A DNA stretch of 64,000 nucleotides from Candidatus Latescibacterota bacterium (GTDB taxonomy: Bacteria > Latescibacterota > UBA2968 > UBA8231): positions 1,408,001 through 1,472,000 of the forward strand of contig CBDCSU010000005.1 in the NCBI GenBank assembly GCA_965221775.1. The letters are read 5' to 3'. Below the pieces are notes generated by a model. That model made no database searches and was not told the DNA's origin. It saw only the letters and a list, made by a program, of their open reading frames with translations. Below, one piece after another: positions 7,812 to 17,470 of this stretch. The translations under genes were made by a program, and so were the position numbers. Every line of letters begins with the position of its first letter. Within the stretch, counting starts at the first letter, position 1.

Positions 7812-10730
7812 TCAATACCCGAAGATGTCCTCGACTCCGACCTCGACCACCTCTCCGAAACGCCTGAGCTCGTCCAAGTCGATCTTCGATCCATCCCCGA
7901 CGATGGAGATCATCTTCGGCCGCCCCTCGATATGTCCCGCATGGTAGTCGAGCAGCTGGGGGAGTGAGGCGATCCTGACTTGCTCGAAACGCCAGGCCCG
8001 TGGATCGACAGGGACCTCCTGACGTTCCCATTTGCGCACCGCCCCCAGCACGTCCCTGAACCCGAGCCGCCGGGTGCGGTACTGCTCGACGAGTGCCTTT
8101 CTCGCAGCGGCGAAGCGCTCCTCCGATTCGGGAATGTCGTCGATCAGCGCGATGAACGCTCCCGCGGCCTCAGGCGCTTTGTCCGCCTGAGAGCCGATGA
8201 AGCCGGAGAACAGATCGTAGGCCTCCTTGCGGTCTCCGTGGAACTGCCAGGCCCAGGCCGAGTACGCCAGGCCCCTCGCTTCGCGCAGCTCCTGGAAGAC
8301 GATGCCGGCCATGCCTCCGTAGAAGTACTCGTTGAAGAGATCGATCTGAGGGCGCCTGTCCTCGCCGTAGGTCTCACCCCCCGACTCGATGCGCACCAGG
8401 GCCTGGGCCATCTCCTTGTCGAAGAACAGGATCTCCGTCTCCGCGGGACGGCGTATCTCCAAGGCCTCAAACGGCGGCGGGGCCCTCAACTCGGCCGCGG
8501 GGAGGACGTAGCGCTCCAACAGCGTCTCCACGACCTGATCGATCGGCAGGGAACCCGTATACGATACATCGTGCTCGTGCGACAACAGGTTGCCGGCCAC
8601 GGCATGCAGCTCCCCCACCGTCAGGTGCTGGAGCTGCTCGTTCGACAGCACCCGCAGGTAGGAGGAGTTGTCGCCGTGACGGTTGAACCCGAACAGGGCC
8701 CGGTGAACCGTGTTGTGATCCTTGACGGCATCCTGCCGCTCCACGAGGAGGATCTCGATCAGCTCGTCAAGAGTGGAATCCGGCGCCGTTGGCTGCAGCA
8801 GCGCCGACATCATCAGATCGATGGAGGGCGCGAAGTTCTCGTCCAATCCCGAGATCGAGATCGCCGTGGAGTGATCGCCGGGGGAAAAGGAGAACTCGGT
8901 CCCGAGACGATACCACTCCTTCTTGAGCTCCTCGGAGCTCAGGCCACCGGCACCGGACTTGTCGAGCAGCCGCCCCGCCATCGCGAGCCGGCTCGCAGCC
9001 AGCTTGCCGACGTCGACCGAGATCTCGAGCGAGAACAGGTCGTTCAGCGGATTGGCCGCATAGTACAGATCGACCCCGTCGCGCAGTCTCTTCCTGGTGA
9101 AGTCCTTGCCGGGTATCACGAATACCGGCTCGATCTCCTCACTCGGCAGAGCGAGGATCTCGGCGGCGAAGGCTGACTCTCTCGCCGGATCGATGGCGAT
9201 CGCATCGAGCACCGGTTTGTCGATCACCGGAAGGGAGGGCTCGCCATCACGGCGGTAGCCGGCAACGTAGCCGTCGCCGAAGTACTTCCGGGCCACCTTG
9301 ACGATATCCTCCTTGCGCAGTGCCGCCATGCGTTCGAGCTTGCGGCGGGCGTGGTCCCACTCCTGGAACGACAGGAAGGCCTGGTGCATCAGCGCCACTC
9401 GGGAGCTGTTCGACTCGAGCCTCCGGCGGTAGGTCTTCTTCCAATCGGTGACGATGGCCGGAATGATCCAGTCTTCGAAACGGCCCGACTTGATCAGGTC
9501 CAGCTGCTCCACCAGGAGCGCCTCGACTTCCTCCAGCGTCTGTCCCTCCTTGGGCACTCCATACAGGTACTGGGCTCCGTAGTCATTGCGGTTGTGGTGT
9601 GACGTAGTCCACGAGCCGGCGCGGCGCACCCGCTGTCTCTGATTGAGGTTGAGGTTGATCAGCCCGGCGGTGGCGTTGTCCAGGATGTAGTCGAGGACCT
9701 GCAGCGCCTCGGTGTGCTCGTGGGTGCTCGGGGCGGTGCGAAAGGCCAGCAACACGTACTCCTCGCCCGGGTAGACGACTTCGACGCGCTCGATCTCCTT
9801 CAGCTTCTTCTCTCTCCACTTCTTCGGCTTCGGCAGCTCGCGCCGTTCCCACCTGGAGAACTCCCGGTCGATCAGCTCGATGGCTCGCTCCACGTCGACG
9901 TCGCCCGAGATGATCACGGCCATGTTGTTCGGCACGTACCACGTCCGGTAGTAGTCGTACATCAGCTTGAGAGATGGGTTCTTCAGGTGTTCCACCGAGC
10001 CGAGGGTCGTCTGCTGTCCGTAGGGATGCACCTTGTAGAGGTGCCGGTTCACCGCATCCCGGATGAGCTGGTGCTTGTTGTCGAGGGAGCGGTTCTTCTC
10101 CTCGTACACCGTTTCCAGCTCGGTCTGAAACAGTCTGAAGACCGGCTGCGCAAACCGCTCCGCCTCCAGCTTCGCCCAGTGGGCGAGACGATTCGATGGC
10201 AGGTCGACTTTGTACACCGTCTCCTCGACCCAGGTGTGGGCGTTGAGACCCTCGGCGCCGAGGGCGCTGTAGATCCTGTCGAGCTCGCCGGGGACGGCGT
10301 ACCGGGATCCGAGCTGCCCTTGTTCGTTGATCAGGGCGTACAGCTCCCGGCGCTTCGTCGAATCGATCTCTGCGAAGTGCTGCTCGTAGAGAGCTACGGT
10401 GCTGTCGAGATGAACCCCCTCGGCCTCGTAGTCGAGAGTGCCGAGCCGGGTGGTCCCCTTGAACAGCATGTGTTCGAGGTAGTGGGCGATCCCCGTCGAT
10501 ACCGCCGGGTCGTGCTTGCTGCCCGCCCTGACGACGATCTCGGCGTAGAACCGCGGTTTCTGATCGTTCTCGCTGAGATAGACGGTGAGGCCGTTCTTCA
10601 ACCGGTACACGTGAACGGCCATGGGATCGGCCGGATCCGGTGCATGAATCAGCGTGGGCTGGGACCAGGAGGTGGTGGCGACGGCGAGGACGGCCGCGAT
10701 CCACCATGCCCTGGCGAAGAAGCGGGTCAT
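7812..10730 (-). CDS. Secreted M16 (insulinase-family) zinc peptidase
   Basis: Signal peptide MTRFFARAWW...; inverted zinc motif HYLEH; NAHT; ELETVYEE; ELREARGLAYS. Confidence 0.92.
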   Translation of the reverse strand: MTRFFARAWWIAAVLAVATTSWSQPTLIHAPDPADPMAVHVYRLKNGLTVYLSENDQKPRFYAEIVVRAGSKHDPAVSTGIAHYLEHMLFKGTTRLGTLDYEAEGVHLDSTVALYEQHFAEIDSTKRRELYALINEQGQLGSRYAVPGELDRIYSALGAEGLNAHTWVEETVYKVDLPSNRLAHWAKLEAERFAQPVFRLFQTELETVYEEKNRSLDNKHQLIRDAVNRHLYKVHPYGQQTTLGSVEHLKNPSLKLMYDYYRTWYVPNNMAVIISGDVDVERAIELIDREFSRWERRELPKPKKWREKKLKEIERVEVVYPGEEYVLLAFRTAPSTHEHTEALQVLDYILDNATAGLINLNLNQRQRVRRAGSWTTSHHNRNDYGAQYLYGVPKEGQTLEEVEALLVEQLDLIKSGRFEDWIIPAIVTDWKKTYRRRLESNSSRVALMHQAFLSFQEWDHARRKLERMAALRKEDIVKVARKYFGDGYVAGYRRDGEPSLPVIDKPVLDAIAIDPARESAFAAEILALPSEEIEPVFVIPGKDFTRKRLRDGVDLYYAANPLNDLFSLEISVDVGKLAASRLAMAGRLLDKSGAGGLSSEELKKEWYRLGTEFSFSPGDHSTAISISGLDENFAPSIDLMMSALLQPTAPDSTLDELIEILLVERQDAVKDHNTVHRALFGFNRHGDNSSYLRVLSNEQLQHLTVGELHAVAGNLLSHEHDVSYTGSLPIDQVVETLLERYVLPAAELRAPPPFEALEIRRPAETEILFFDKEMAQALVRIESGGETYGEDRRPQIDLFNEYFYGGMAGIVFQELREARGLAYSAWAWQFHGDRKEAYDLFSGFIGSQADKAPEAAGAFIALIDDIPESEERFAAARKALVEQYRTRRLGFRDVLGAVRKWERQEVPVDPRAWRFEQVRIASLPQLLDYHAGHIEGRPKMISIVGDGSKIDLDELRRFGEVVEVGVEDIFGY

Positions 10731-10861
10731 GGCGATTCTCTCAGGTGACGGGAGGTGAGATAGACAGGAGTGTACAGGGGACACGTGAACCCTGGCCAAC
10801 TCGATGCACGCCCCTTTGACCTCGGACCATCGGGAGGTCCCCCGGTACTGACGCGACACGT

Positions 10862-11953
10862 TCAGCCATCCAGCTCCGCCGCCGCCCGGGCCCGCGCCGC
10901 GGCGAGGAAGGGCTGCACCTCGACGGGGACGCCCGTGCGGCAGCTCTCGATGGCGGCGAAGACCATGGCCACCGATTGCAGGTTGGCCTCCACGTGGGTC
11001 TCCATCGGCTCTCCCCCGTCGAGCCATCGGACGAACTTCTCCACCAGCCAGGCGTCGCTCCACTTGCGCTGCTCCAGCAAGGGGACGGGCTCGCCCTCGC
11101 CGTGGCGGACGCCGACCGAGCGGGCCTTGCCATCGTGGTCGAAGCGCTCGATCTCACCGTGATCCATGATCAGGGTGGCCAGCTCGCACTCGGCGCGCAG
11201 GTACTCCCGGGACCAGCCGTTGAGGCCCACGGCGTTGGTCTTCGCCCCCTCGTAGACGGCGCGCACGCCGTTCTCCAGCTGCATCGTCACCAGGGCCTGG
11301 GAGTCGCCCTGGTATGCGCTCCACGGGGGATTCCACGTCTGGGCGTAGATCGTGCGGCAGTCGGCCCCGCCCATGTCGGCGAGGATGTCGAGGTGATGGA
11401 CCGCGCCTTCGATCAGGAGGGGATCCTCCATCTCGTAGCGGAAGACTCCCCAGTCGCCGTGCTCGCGCATGTCGCAGGTGAAGCGCAAGACCAGGTAGTC
11501 GATGGCGCCGCAGCCGCCCGACCTGAGGGCGTCGTGGAGGGTCCTCTTGCTCTGGGCGAAGCGGTGGCTCATGGTGACGCCCATCTTCCGCCCCGCCCGC
11601 CGCACCTTCTCGGCGATGCGGCAAGACCCCGCGAGGGTGTCGGCGATCGGTTTCTCCGAGAGGACGTGCATGTCGCGGGCCAGGGCCGCGTCGACGACCT
11701 CCTCGTGGAAGGCGGGAGGCACGACGATGCTGCAGAAGTCGGCGTCGTTCTCGGCGAAGGCCCGCTGAAGGTCGGTGTAACACTTTTCGGGCGGCAGACC
11801 GAGAAAGCCCCGGGCGTTGGCCAGCGCCTCGGGGTTGGTGTCGACGGCGGCGACCACCTCGATCAGACCGTCCGCGATGTTGGGAGGGAGGATGCCCTGG
11901 CACCAGGAGCGGCCCCGCCCGCCCGTGCCGACCTGGATCATTCTGCAGGTCAT
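10862..11953 (-). CDS. Gfo/Idh/MocA oxidoreductase
   Basis: GTGGRG Rossmann motif, EKPIA, AVHHLD. Confidence 0.9.
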   Translation of the reverse strand: MTCRMIQVGTGGRGRSWCQGILPPNIADGLIEVVAAVDTNPEALANARGFLGLPPEKCYTDLQRAFAENDADFCSIVVPPAFHEEVVDAALARDMHVLSEKPIADTLAGSCRIAEKVRRAGRKMGVTMSHRFAQSKRTLHDALRSGGCGAIDYLVLRFTCDMREHGDWGVFRYEMEDPLLIEGAVHHLDILADMGGADCRTIYAQTWNPPWSAYQGDSQALVTMQLENGVRAVYEGAKTNAVGLNGWSREYLRAECELATLIMDHGEIERFDHDGKARSVGVRHGEGEPVPLLEQRKWSDAWLVEKFVRWLDGGEPMETHVEANLQSVAMVFAAIESCRTGVPVEVQPFLAAARARAAAELDG

Positions 11954-11960
11954 GGTGCCG

Positions 11961-12848
11961 CTACATCTGCGGTGCCCAGTCGCCGCCGGCCCGGTCGAAC
12001 TGCTCGTAGAACGACGTGACCACCCCCTCGGGCAGATCGCCCCTGGCGATGATCTCCATGTTCCTCTCGGCGTTCTCGACGCGGGAGGTGCCGGCGATGG
12101 CGGTGTCCACCGACTCGTGGGAGAGACAGAACCGCAGCGCGATCTCGACGCCGTCGGCGGGGGCGCCTTCGGGGACCTCCATGCTCTTGGCCCGCTCCCA
12201 GTAGACGTCGGCGTAGCTGTAGCGCGACGCCTCGGTCTTGAAGGCGGCGTTGGCCAGGGGACGCTTGGCGATGACCCCCATGCCGGCCGCCCGCGCCGCC
12301 GGCAGGACTTCCCGCCGCGCCTCCTGGTCGACGACGTTGTACGAGGTCTGCAGGGTGCTGAAGACGCCCATGCCGATGGCGTGAAGGGCGGCCTCCCCGT
12401 CGCCGCTGTAGCCGACGTAGCGCACCTTGCCCGCCTCCTTCGCCCGCAGCACGGCCTCCACCGCCTCGCCCTCGGCCAGCACCTCCGTCGAGCAGCTGTG
12501 GAGCTGTACCAGGTCGATGCGGTCGGTCCGCAGGCGCTCGAGGGACCGGTCGATGCTGTGGGCGATGACCTCCGCCGACCACTCCTTGCCGGTGGCGCCG
12601 CCGGTCACGTGGCCGCACTTGGAGGCGAGGACGTACTCCTCCCGCCGGCCGCCGATCGCCTTGCCGATCTGCTCTTCGCTGTCGTGGTAGCAGGCGGCCG
12701 TGTCGACGAAGTTCACCCCCATGTCGAGGAGGCCGTTGAGCAGCCGGTCGCTCTGCTCCGGGGTCACGTCCTCGTAGCCGATGCGGGCGCCGCCGAAGCC
12801 GAGGCGGGTGACGGTGAGGTCGGTCTGTCCGAGGGTGCGGGTCTCCAT
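11961..12848 (-). CDS. Aldo/keto reductase
   Basis: LGFGG, DTAACY, SKCG, SLERLRTDRIDLVQLH. Confidence 0.92.
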   Translation of the reverse strand: METRTLGQTDLTVTRLGFGGARIGYEDVTPEQSDRLLNGLLDMGVNFVDTAACYHDSEEQIGKAIGGRREEYVLASKCGHVTGGATGKEWSAEVIAHSIDRSLERLRTDRIDLVQLHSCSTEVLAEGEAVEAVLRAKEAGKVRYVGYSGDGEAALHAIGMGVFSTLQTSYNVVDQEARREVLPAARAAGMGVIAKRPLANAAFKTEASRYSYADVYWERAKSMEVPEGAPADGVEIALRFCLSHESVDTAIAGTSRVENAERNMEIIARGDLPEGVVTSFYEQFDRAGGDWAPQM

Positions 12849-12849
12849 G

Positions 12850-14274
12850 TCATTCTCCAGTTGCTGTGAGGATCCAGTCGCGCACCTGGTCGAGGACCTC
12901 GGGCGAGAGCGTCTCCTCGATGGCGGAGTACTCGTCGATCCGGCCCGTGGTGGCGCGCTGGAAGAGGTGGTTGTGCCCGCGCAGGCTGCGCACCGTGATG
13001 TTGCGGTTGCCGCCCGCCTCGAGGGCCGCGGCGATGGCGGTCAGGTTCTGCCGGCCGTCGACCTGCAGGTCCAGCTCGCCGTTGAGGGCCAGGACCGGCG
13101 CCCGGACGGCTCCAAGGACAAGACGCGGATCGAAGGCGAGGAAGTATCGCATCCACGGATCGAGGGCCTGGTCCACGGCGGCCTGCACCTGGCTCTCGTC
13201 CTGCTGAGCGGCAGGCACGCCGTTGGCCTCGAACTGGCGGCGGACGATCTCCTCCACCTCGGGGAGCAGATCCGCCCCATCCCGCTTTGAGGTCAGGGCC
13301 GCGAAGAGCTGGTCCAGGAGGGCGAGCAACGCCTGGCGGTGGCCCACCGGCAGGCCGGCGGCCTCGAAGAGACGCTCGTTCTGCCGGCGCAGCAGCTCGG
13401 CGCCCGGCACCCCGGGCCCGGCCAGAAGCACGACGAAGGCGATGTCCTCCCGTTGCGAGGCGACGATGGCGGCGATGGCTCCGCCCTCGCTGTGTCCCAT
13501 CAGACCGACAGGGCCGATGCGCCCGTCGCGGCGGAGGAAGTCCACGGCCGCGGCGGCGTCACCGGCGAAGTCGGCGGTGGTGGGCGGCTGCGGATGAGGC
13601 GTCGACCCGCCGGCGCCGGCGTCGTCGACGCGCAGCACCGCCACGCCGGAACGGGTCAGGTGATCGGCCCAGACGAGGAAGGGCCGGTGGCCGAAGACCG
13701 TCTGGTCGCGGTCCTGCAGGCCGCTGCCCGAGATCAGCAGGGCCGCGGGGAAGGGGCCCTCGCCCGGCGGCACGGTCAGGGTGCCGGCGAGGGTGACGGG
13801 ACCGCTCCGGAAGCTGACCTCTTCAGTCTCGTAGGGATAGGGGGGACGGGGCTCCTGCGGGCGGGCCGGCCCGGGGACGGCCTGCCGCGAGAGGCGGAAG
13901 CCGAGGTCGGCGGCGCCCTGGGTGAACCGGCCGCTGATGACGTCACCGTCAAGGGTGCCTCTGAAGGTTGGATGGCCCGGAACGCCCCCGATGGAGAAGC
14001 TGACTTTGGAGGCGTCCTCGCTGACCTCGATCGCCTTCAGCGGGAGGCCGGCTGCGCCTTGGGCGGGGATGTCGATCGACCCGCTCCAGAGCCCGCCGCT
14101 GCTCTCGAGATCGACCTTGACGACCAGGGGCTGGCCGGGGACCTGGATCTCCCCCTCCCAGTGGCCGGCGACCCGGTCGTCGCCGGAGACGGAGGCCGCC
14201 AGCAGCAGCCAGGCGGCCGCCAGAAGCTTCGGTGCACCCATGGGCCGGAGCGGACCGCCCCTCCCCTCAGCCAT
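12850..14274 (-). CDS. Secreted alpha/beta-fold hydrolase (start may be 14241)
   Basis: RPQEP..PYPY, ISGSG.QDRD, GHSEGG nucleophile elbow, GELDLQV, NHLFQ. Confidence 0.88.
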   Translation of the reverse strand: MAEGRGGPLRPMGAPKLLAAAWLLLAASVSGDDRVAGHWEGEIQVPGQPLVVKVDLESSGGLWSGSIDIPAQGAAGLPLKAIEVSEDASKVSFSIGGVPGHPTFRGTLDGDVISGRFTQGAADLGFRLSRQAVPGPARPQEPRPPYPYETEEVSFRSGPVTLAGTLTVPPGEGPFPAALLISGSGLQDRDQTVFGHRPFLVWADHLTRSGVAVLRVDDAGAGGSTPHPQPPTTADFAGDAAAAVDFLRRDGRIGPVGLMGHSEGGAIAAIVASQREDIAFVVLLAGPGVPGAELLRRQNERLFEAAGLPVGHRQALLALLDQLFAALTSKRDGADLLPEVEEIVRRQFEANGVPAAQQDESQVQAAVDQALDPWMRYFLAFDPRLVLGAVRAPVLALNGELDLQVDGRQNLTAIAAALEAGGNRNITVRSLRGHNHLFQRATTGRIDEYSAIEETLSPEVLDQVRDWILTATGE

Positions 14275-15310
14275 AGGCCGGGTCCCGCCGACCCCAGGCG
14301 TTTTCGCGCACGACGACGTGCTCCTCGAAGCGCAGGGCGCCGGCCTCGCTGCGGTGGTGGAACCAGTTGTGCTCGATCACGGCCCGGTCCTCGGGGGTCC
14401 CGCGGATCACCACGGCGCGCCGGCCGGGGGCGCGGAAGGTGTTGTGGTGGACGTGCATCCAGCCGCCGGCCACGTTCGTGCCGTCCTTGCGGTCGCGGCC
14501 GCCGTGCATGTCGAAGCAATGGCTGAGGCTGCGCCCCATCTCGACGTTGTTGCGCGCCTCGTACCCCGAGCCGGGGCGACCGGAGCCGGCGATGGAGTGG
14601 CGGTTGGCGTCGAAGAGGTTGCCCTCGATCAGGGACCCGGCGCGGTCGTGGCTGACGCCGTACCCGAGGCCCTGGTACTGGTTGTGGTGAATGAAGCAGT
14701 GCTGCACGCGGTGACCGTCGCCGCCCGCGAGATAGACGGCGCCGTGGCTCCAGCCGGCCAGCTCGCAGTTGTCGACGCGCAGGCGGGGTTCCTCCGTCTG
14801 AACGCCGTCGGAGGTGGGGAACTTGTAGTAGTAGCGGTGTCCGCCGTGGCCTTCGCGGAAGGCGCGCGAGTGGTGCTCCAGGCACTGGCGCGGGTTCGGC
14901 CCCTGGAGTCGCAGGCCGGTGACGCGCGCGTCGGGCCCCGTGACCCGGATCAGGGGCCGGGTGGCGAAGGTGTCGGAGCGGATCAGGCCGCCGGGGGCGC
15001 CGCGGATGCCGCGGTCGCTGGCCAGGGTCACGCCGCCGGACAGCTCGAGGACAAGCTCCTCCACGTAGACCCGCTCGGTGCACTCGATGACGGCGTCTCC
15101 CGCCACGTACACGGTGTCGCCGGAGCGGGCCGATGCCAGGGCCTCGAGCAGTTCGTCGAGAGTGCGGACGGGCGAGCCGGTGGGGCGCACGACCTCCCGG
15201 TAGCCGGCGCCGCCGCCGAGGGGGTAGCCGCGGGTGCCCACGGCACCGCAGGCCCGGCGGCCGCGGCCGGTGCGGGTCGGGCCGTGGAGGGTGGATCGGG
15301 CGTTGAACAT
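14267..15310 (-). CDS. Right-handed parallel beta-helix protein, copy 1
   Basis: Repeated VDNCE/VQHCFIHHN/IEGNLF/HHNTF strands; GLGYGV, NRHSIAG, FDMHG; close paralog at 21864-22904. Confidence 0.8.
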   Translation of the reverse strand: MFNARSTLHGPTRTGRGRRACGAVGTRGYPLGGGAGYREVVRPTGSPVRTLDELLEALASARSGDTVYVAGDAVIECTERVYVEELVLELSGGVTLASDRGIRGAPGGLIRSDTFATRPLIRVTGPDARVTGLRLQGPNPRQCLEHHSRAFREGHGGHRYYYKFPTSDGVQTEEPRLRVDNCELAGWSHGAVYLAGGDGHRVQHCFIHHNQYQGLGYGVSHDRAGSLIEGNLFDANRHSIAGSGRPGSGYEARNNVEMGRSLSHCFDMHGGRDRKDGTNVAGGWMHVHHNTFRAPGRRAVVIRGTPEDRAVIEHNWFHHRSEAGALRFEEHVVVRENAWGRRDPAYG

Positions 15311-15469
15311 GGGAGGCCTCCTCGCTCACCGACGCAACGCGCCGGGGGATGACGTCAGGGTGCTACTGCTGGGATGGTGTCGACGAGTTCGGGGGGGCTG
15401 TACCCGCCTGGGAGGAACACCGGCGGTAAAGGGCGCGAGACCAGATTGGTGGCTTTCCCGACGCGGGGG

Positions 15470-15712
15470 TCAGCTCGCTGGCGAGGCTTCGGGTGGATCC
15501 GGCGGGCGGGCAGGCCAGGGGCCGAAGGCCGCTCCCTCCAGGCGGGCCAGCCGCTCCGACACGGCGCCCACCGCCCGAAGGCCGTCAATCCGGGCGTCTA
15601 CGCCGTCGATCCGGGCGTCCAGCCGGTCCATGCGGGCGTCGAGTCGCCGCCAGACATAGAGGACGACGGCCAAGACGACGCCCCACGGTAACCAGGTTGA
15701 CAGCTCTGCCAT
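15470..15712 (-). CDS. Small membrane-anchored coiled-coil protein
   Basis: N-terminal TM segment, then LDARMDR/LDARIDG/VDARIDG heptads and ERLARLEG; TATCCT lies 6 nt upstream of the ATG. Confidence 0.7.
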   Translation of the reverse strand: MAELSTWLPWGVVLAVVLYVWRRLDARMDRLDARIDGVDARIDGLRAVGAVSERLARLEGAAFGPWPARPPDPPEASPAS

Positions 15713-15907
15713 GCTGGAAGGATACGCAGTTGCTCCGGGAGCGGCCAGACGCAGGCCAGGCCGGGGGCCCCTCCACGATCCGCTGGTAAACCGTGACCCA
15801 GCCCTTTCGAGGCCAGCCTCACCCGGCCCTGCTGGCGTGGCGGCAGAGCAGGGAAACCGCTAGGCTACTCCCGCCCCTGCCACCGATCCCCCTGAAAGGA
15901 GCTCACC

Positions 15908-17461
15908 TTGGGCGACGCTGACGAGCGGCTGGCGATCCTGCCGTTCCTCGACGGAGACGCGGACAACGGCAACATCTACGAGGCGATCGGCGTGGAGCCG
16001 ATCATCAACTGCCGCGGCACCTTCACCATCCTCGGCGGCTCCGTGGAGCTGCCGGAGGTGGTGGCCGCCATGGACGCCGCCCATGGCTACTTCGCGCAGT
16101 TCGATGAGCTGGCCGAGGCGGTGGGCCGGCACCTGGCGGCGATCACCGGCGCCGAGTGGGGGCTGATCTCGGCGGGCTGCGCCGCCGGCCTCAAGCACGT
16201 GACCACGGCCTGCGTCACCGGCGGCAGCCCGGAGCGGCTGATCCGGGTGCCCAACCTGGAGGGCTTCGACAAGACCCAGGTGATCCTGCCCCGCACCTCG
16301 CGCACGGCCTACGACCACGCCCTGCGCGTGGTCGGCGTCGAGCTGGTGATGGTCGACACCGCCGAGGAGATGGAGCGCGCCATCAACCCGCGAACGGCCA
16401 TGATCTATGTCGTCACCGGCCCGGCCACCGATGCCGGGCAGCCCCTGTCGCTGGAGGTGATCGCCGAGATCGCCCGGCCTAGGCAGATCCCCATCCTGGC
16501 CGACGCCGCCGCCGAGAACCTGACCATCCCCTGCGTGCACCTGGAGCGCGGCGCCACGGTCACGGCCTACAGCGGCGGCAAGGCCCTGTGCGGCCCCCAG
16601 GCCGCCGGCCTCGTCCTCGGCAGCAGGGACCTGCTCATGGCGGCCTGGCAGGCCAGCGCCCCCCATCACGGCCCCGGGCGCTCGGAGAAGATCGGCAAGG
16701 AGGAGATCCTGGGGATGCTGGCCGCCGTGGAGGCCTGGGTGCGGCGCGACCACGACGCCGAGTGGCAGGAGTGGCTCGGGATCCTGGAGCGGATCTCGGG
16801 ATCGGTGGCCGAGATCGACACCGTCGCCAGCCGCGTCGACGACCCGGCGGGGATGTCCAACCGGGCGCCGGCCCTGACCATCCGCTGGGACCCGGGACGC
16901 CTGAACATCACCGGCGCGGAGGTGGCCGAGGAGTTCGCGCGGAAGAAGCCGCGCGTCGCCGTGGGAGCCGCCGACTCGGGGGAGGGCGCCGGCATCCGCA
17001 TCAACCCCAGCCAGATGCAGCCCGGCGACGAGGAGGTCGTGATCGACCGCATCCGCCGCATCCTCACCGAGCCGCGGGGCCCGCGCTCGCACGACCTGGA
17101 GCCGGCCACCGCGGAGATCAGCGGCAACTGGGACCTGGACGTCGACTACTTCACCAGCACCCGCCGCCACCGGCTGACGATCGCCCAGGACGGCAACTGG
17201 ATCGAGGGCTCTCACCAGAGCGAGTTCTCCGTCCAGGAGCTGTCCGGCGTCGTCGAGGGGGACCGGGTGCGGCTGAGCAGCGCCGTCAGCAAGCCCGGAG
17301 ACTCCGTGCCCTTCTTGTTCTCTGGACGTGTCGAGGGGGACCGGATCTCGGGATCCATCCACCTCGGGGAGTACCTCACCGCCCGGTTCACCGCCGTCCG
17401 CTCCAACCCCCGGAAACGTCAACCCATCACCATCCCCGGTGGTCCGCCGCTGGCCACCTGA
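15908..17461 (+). CDS. SelA-like PLP-dependent enzyme (DgaE/SelA family) with C-terminal beta extension
   Basis: IGVEPIINCRGTFTILGGS, ADAAAE, PLP-Lys YSGGKALCGPQ, KIGKEEI; AAGGAG RBS before the TTG start. Confidence 0.85.
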   Translation: MGDADERLAILPFLDGDADNGNIYEAIGVEPIINCRGTFTILGGSVELPEVVAAMDAAHGYFAQFDELAEAVGRHLAAITGAEWGLISAGCAAGLKHVTTACVTGGSPERLIRVPNLEGFDKTQVILPRTSRTAYDHALRVVGVELVMVDTAEEMERAINPRTAMIYVVTGPATDAGQPLSLEVIAEIARPRQIPILADAAAENLTIPCVHLERGATVTAYSGGKALCGPQAAGLVLGSRDLLMAAWQASAPHHGPGRSEKIGKEEILGMLAAVEAWVRRDHDAEWQEWLGILERISGSVAEIDTVASRVDDPAGMSNRAPALTIRWDPGRLNITGAEVAEEFARKKPRVAVGAADSGEGAGIRINPSQMQPGDEEVVIDRIRRILTEPRGPRSHDLEPATAEISGNWDLDVDYFTSTRRHRLTIAQDGNWIEGSHQSEFSVQELSGVVEGDRVRLSSAVSKPGDSVPFLFSGRVEGDRISGSIHLGEYLTARFTAVRSNPRKRQPITIPGGPPLAT

Positions 17462-17470
17462 GCCCGAGCC

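Noticed and set aside
15908-17461. True selenocysteine synthase selA or selenoprotein recoding
   Set aside because: The motifs fit the SelA-like/DgaE branch. No selB, selC or in-frame TGA candidate was seen nearby.
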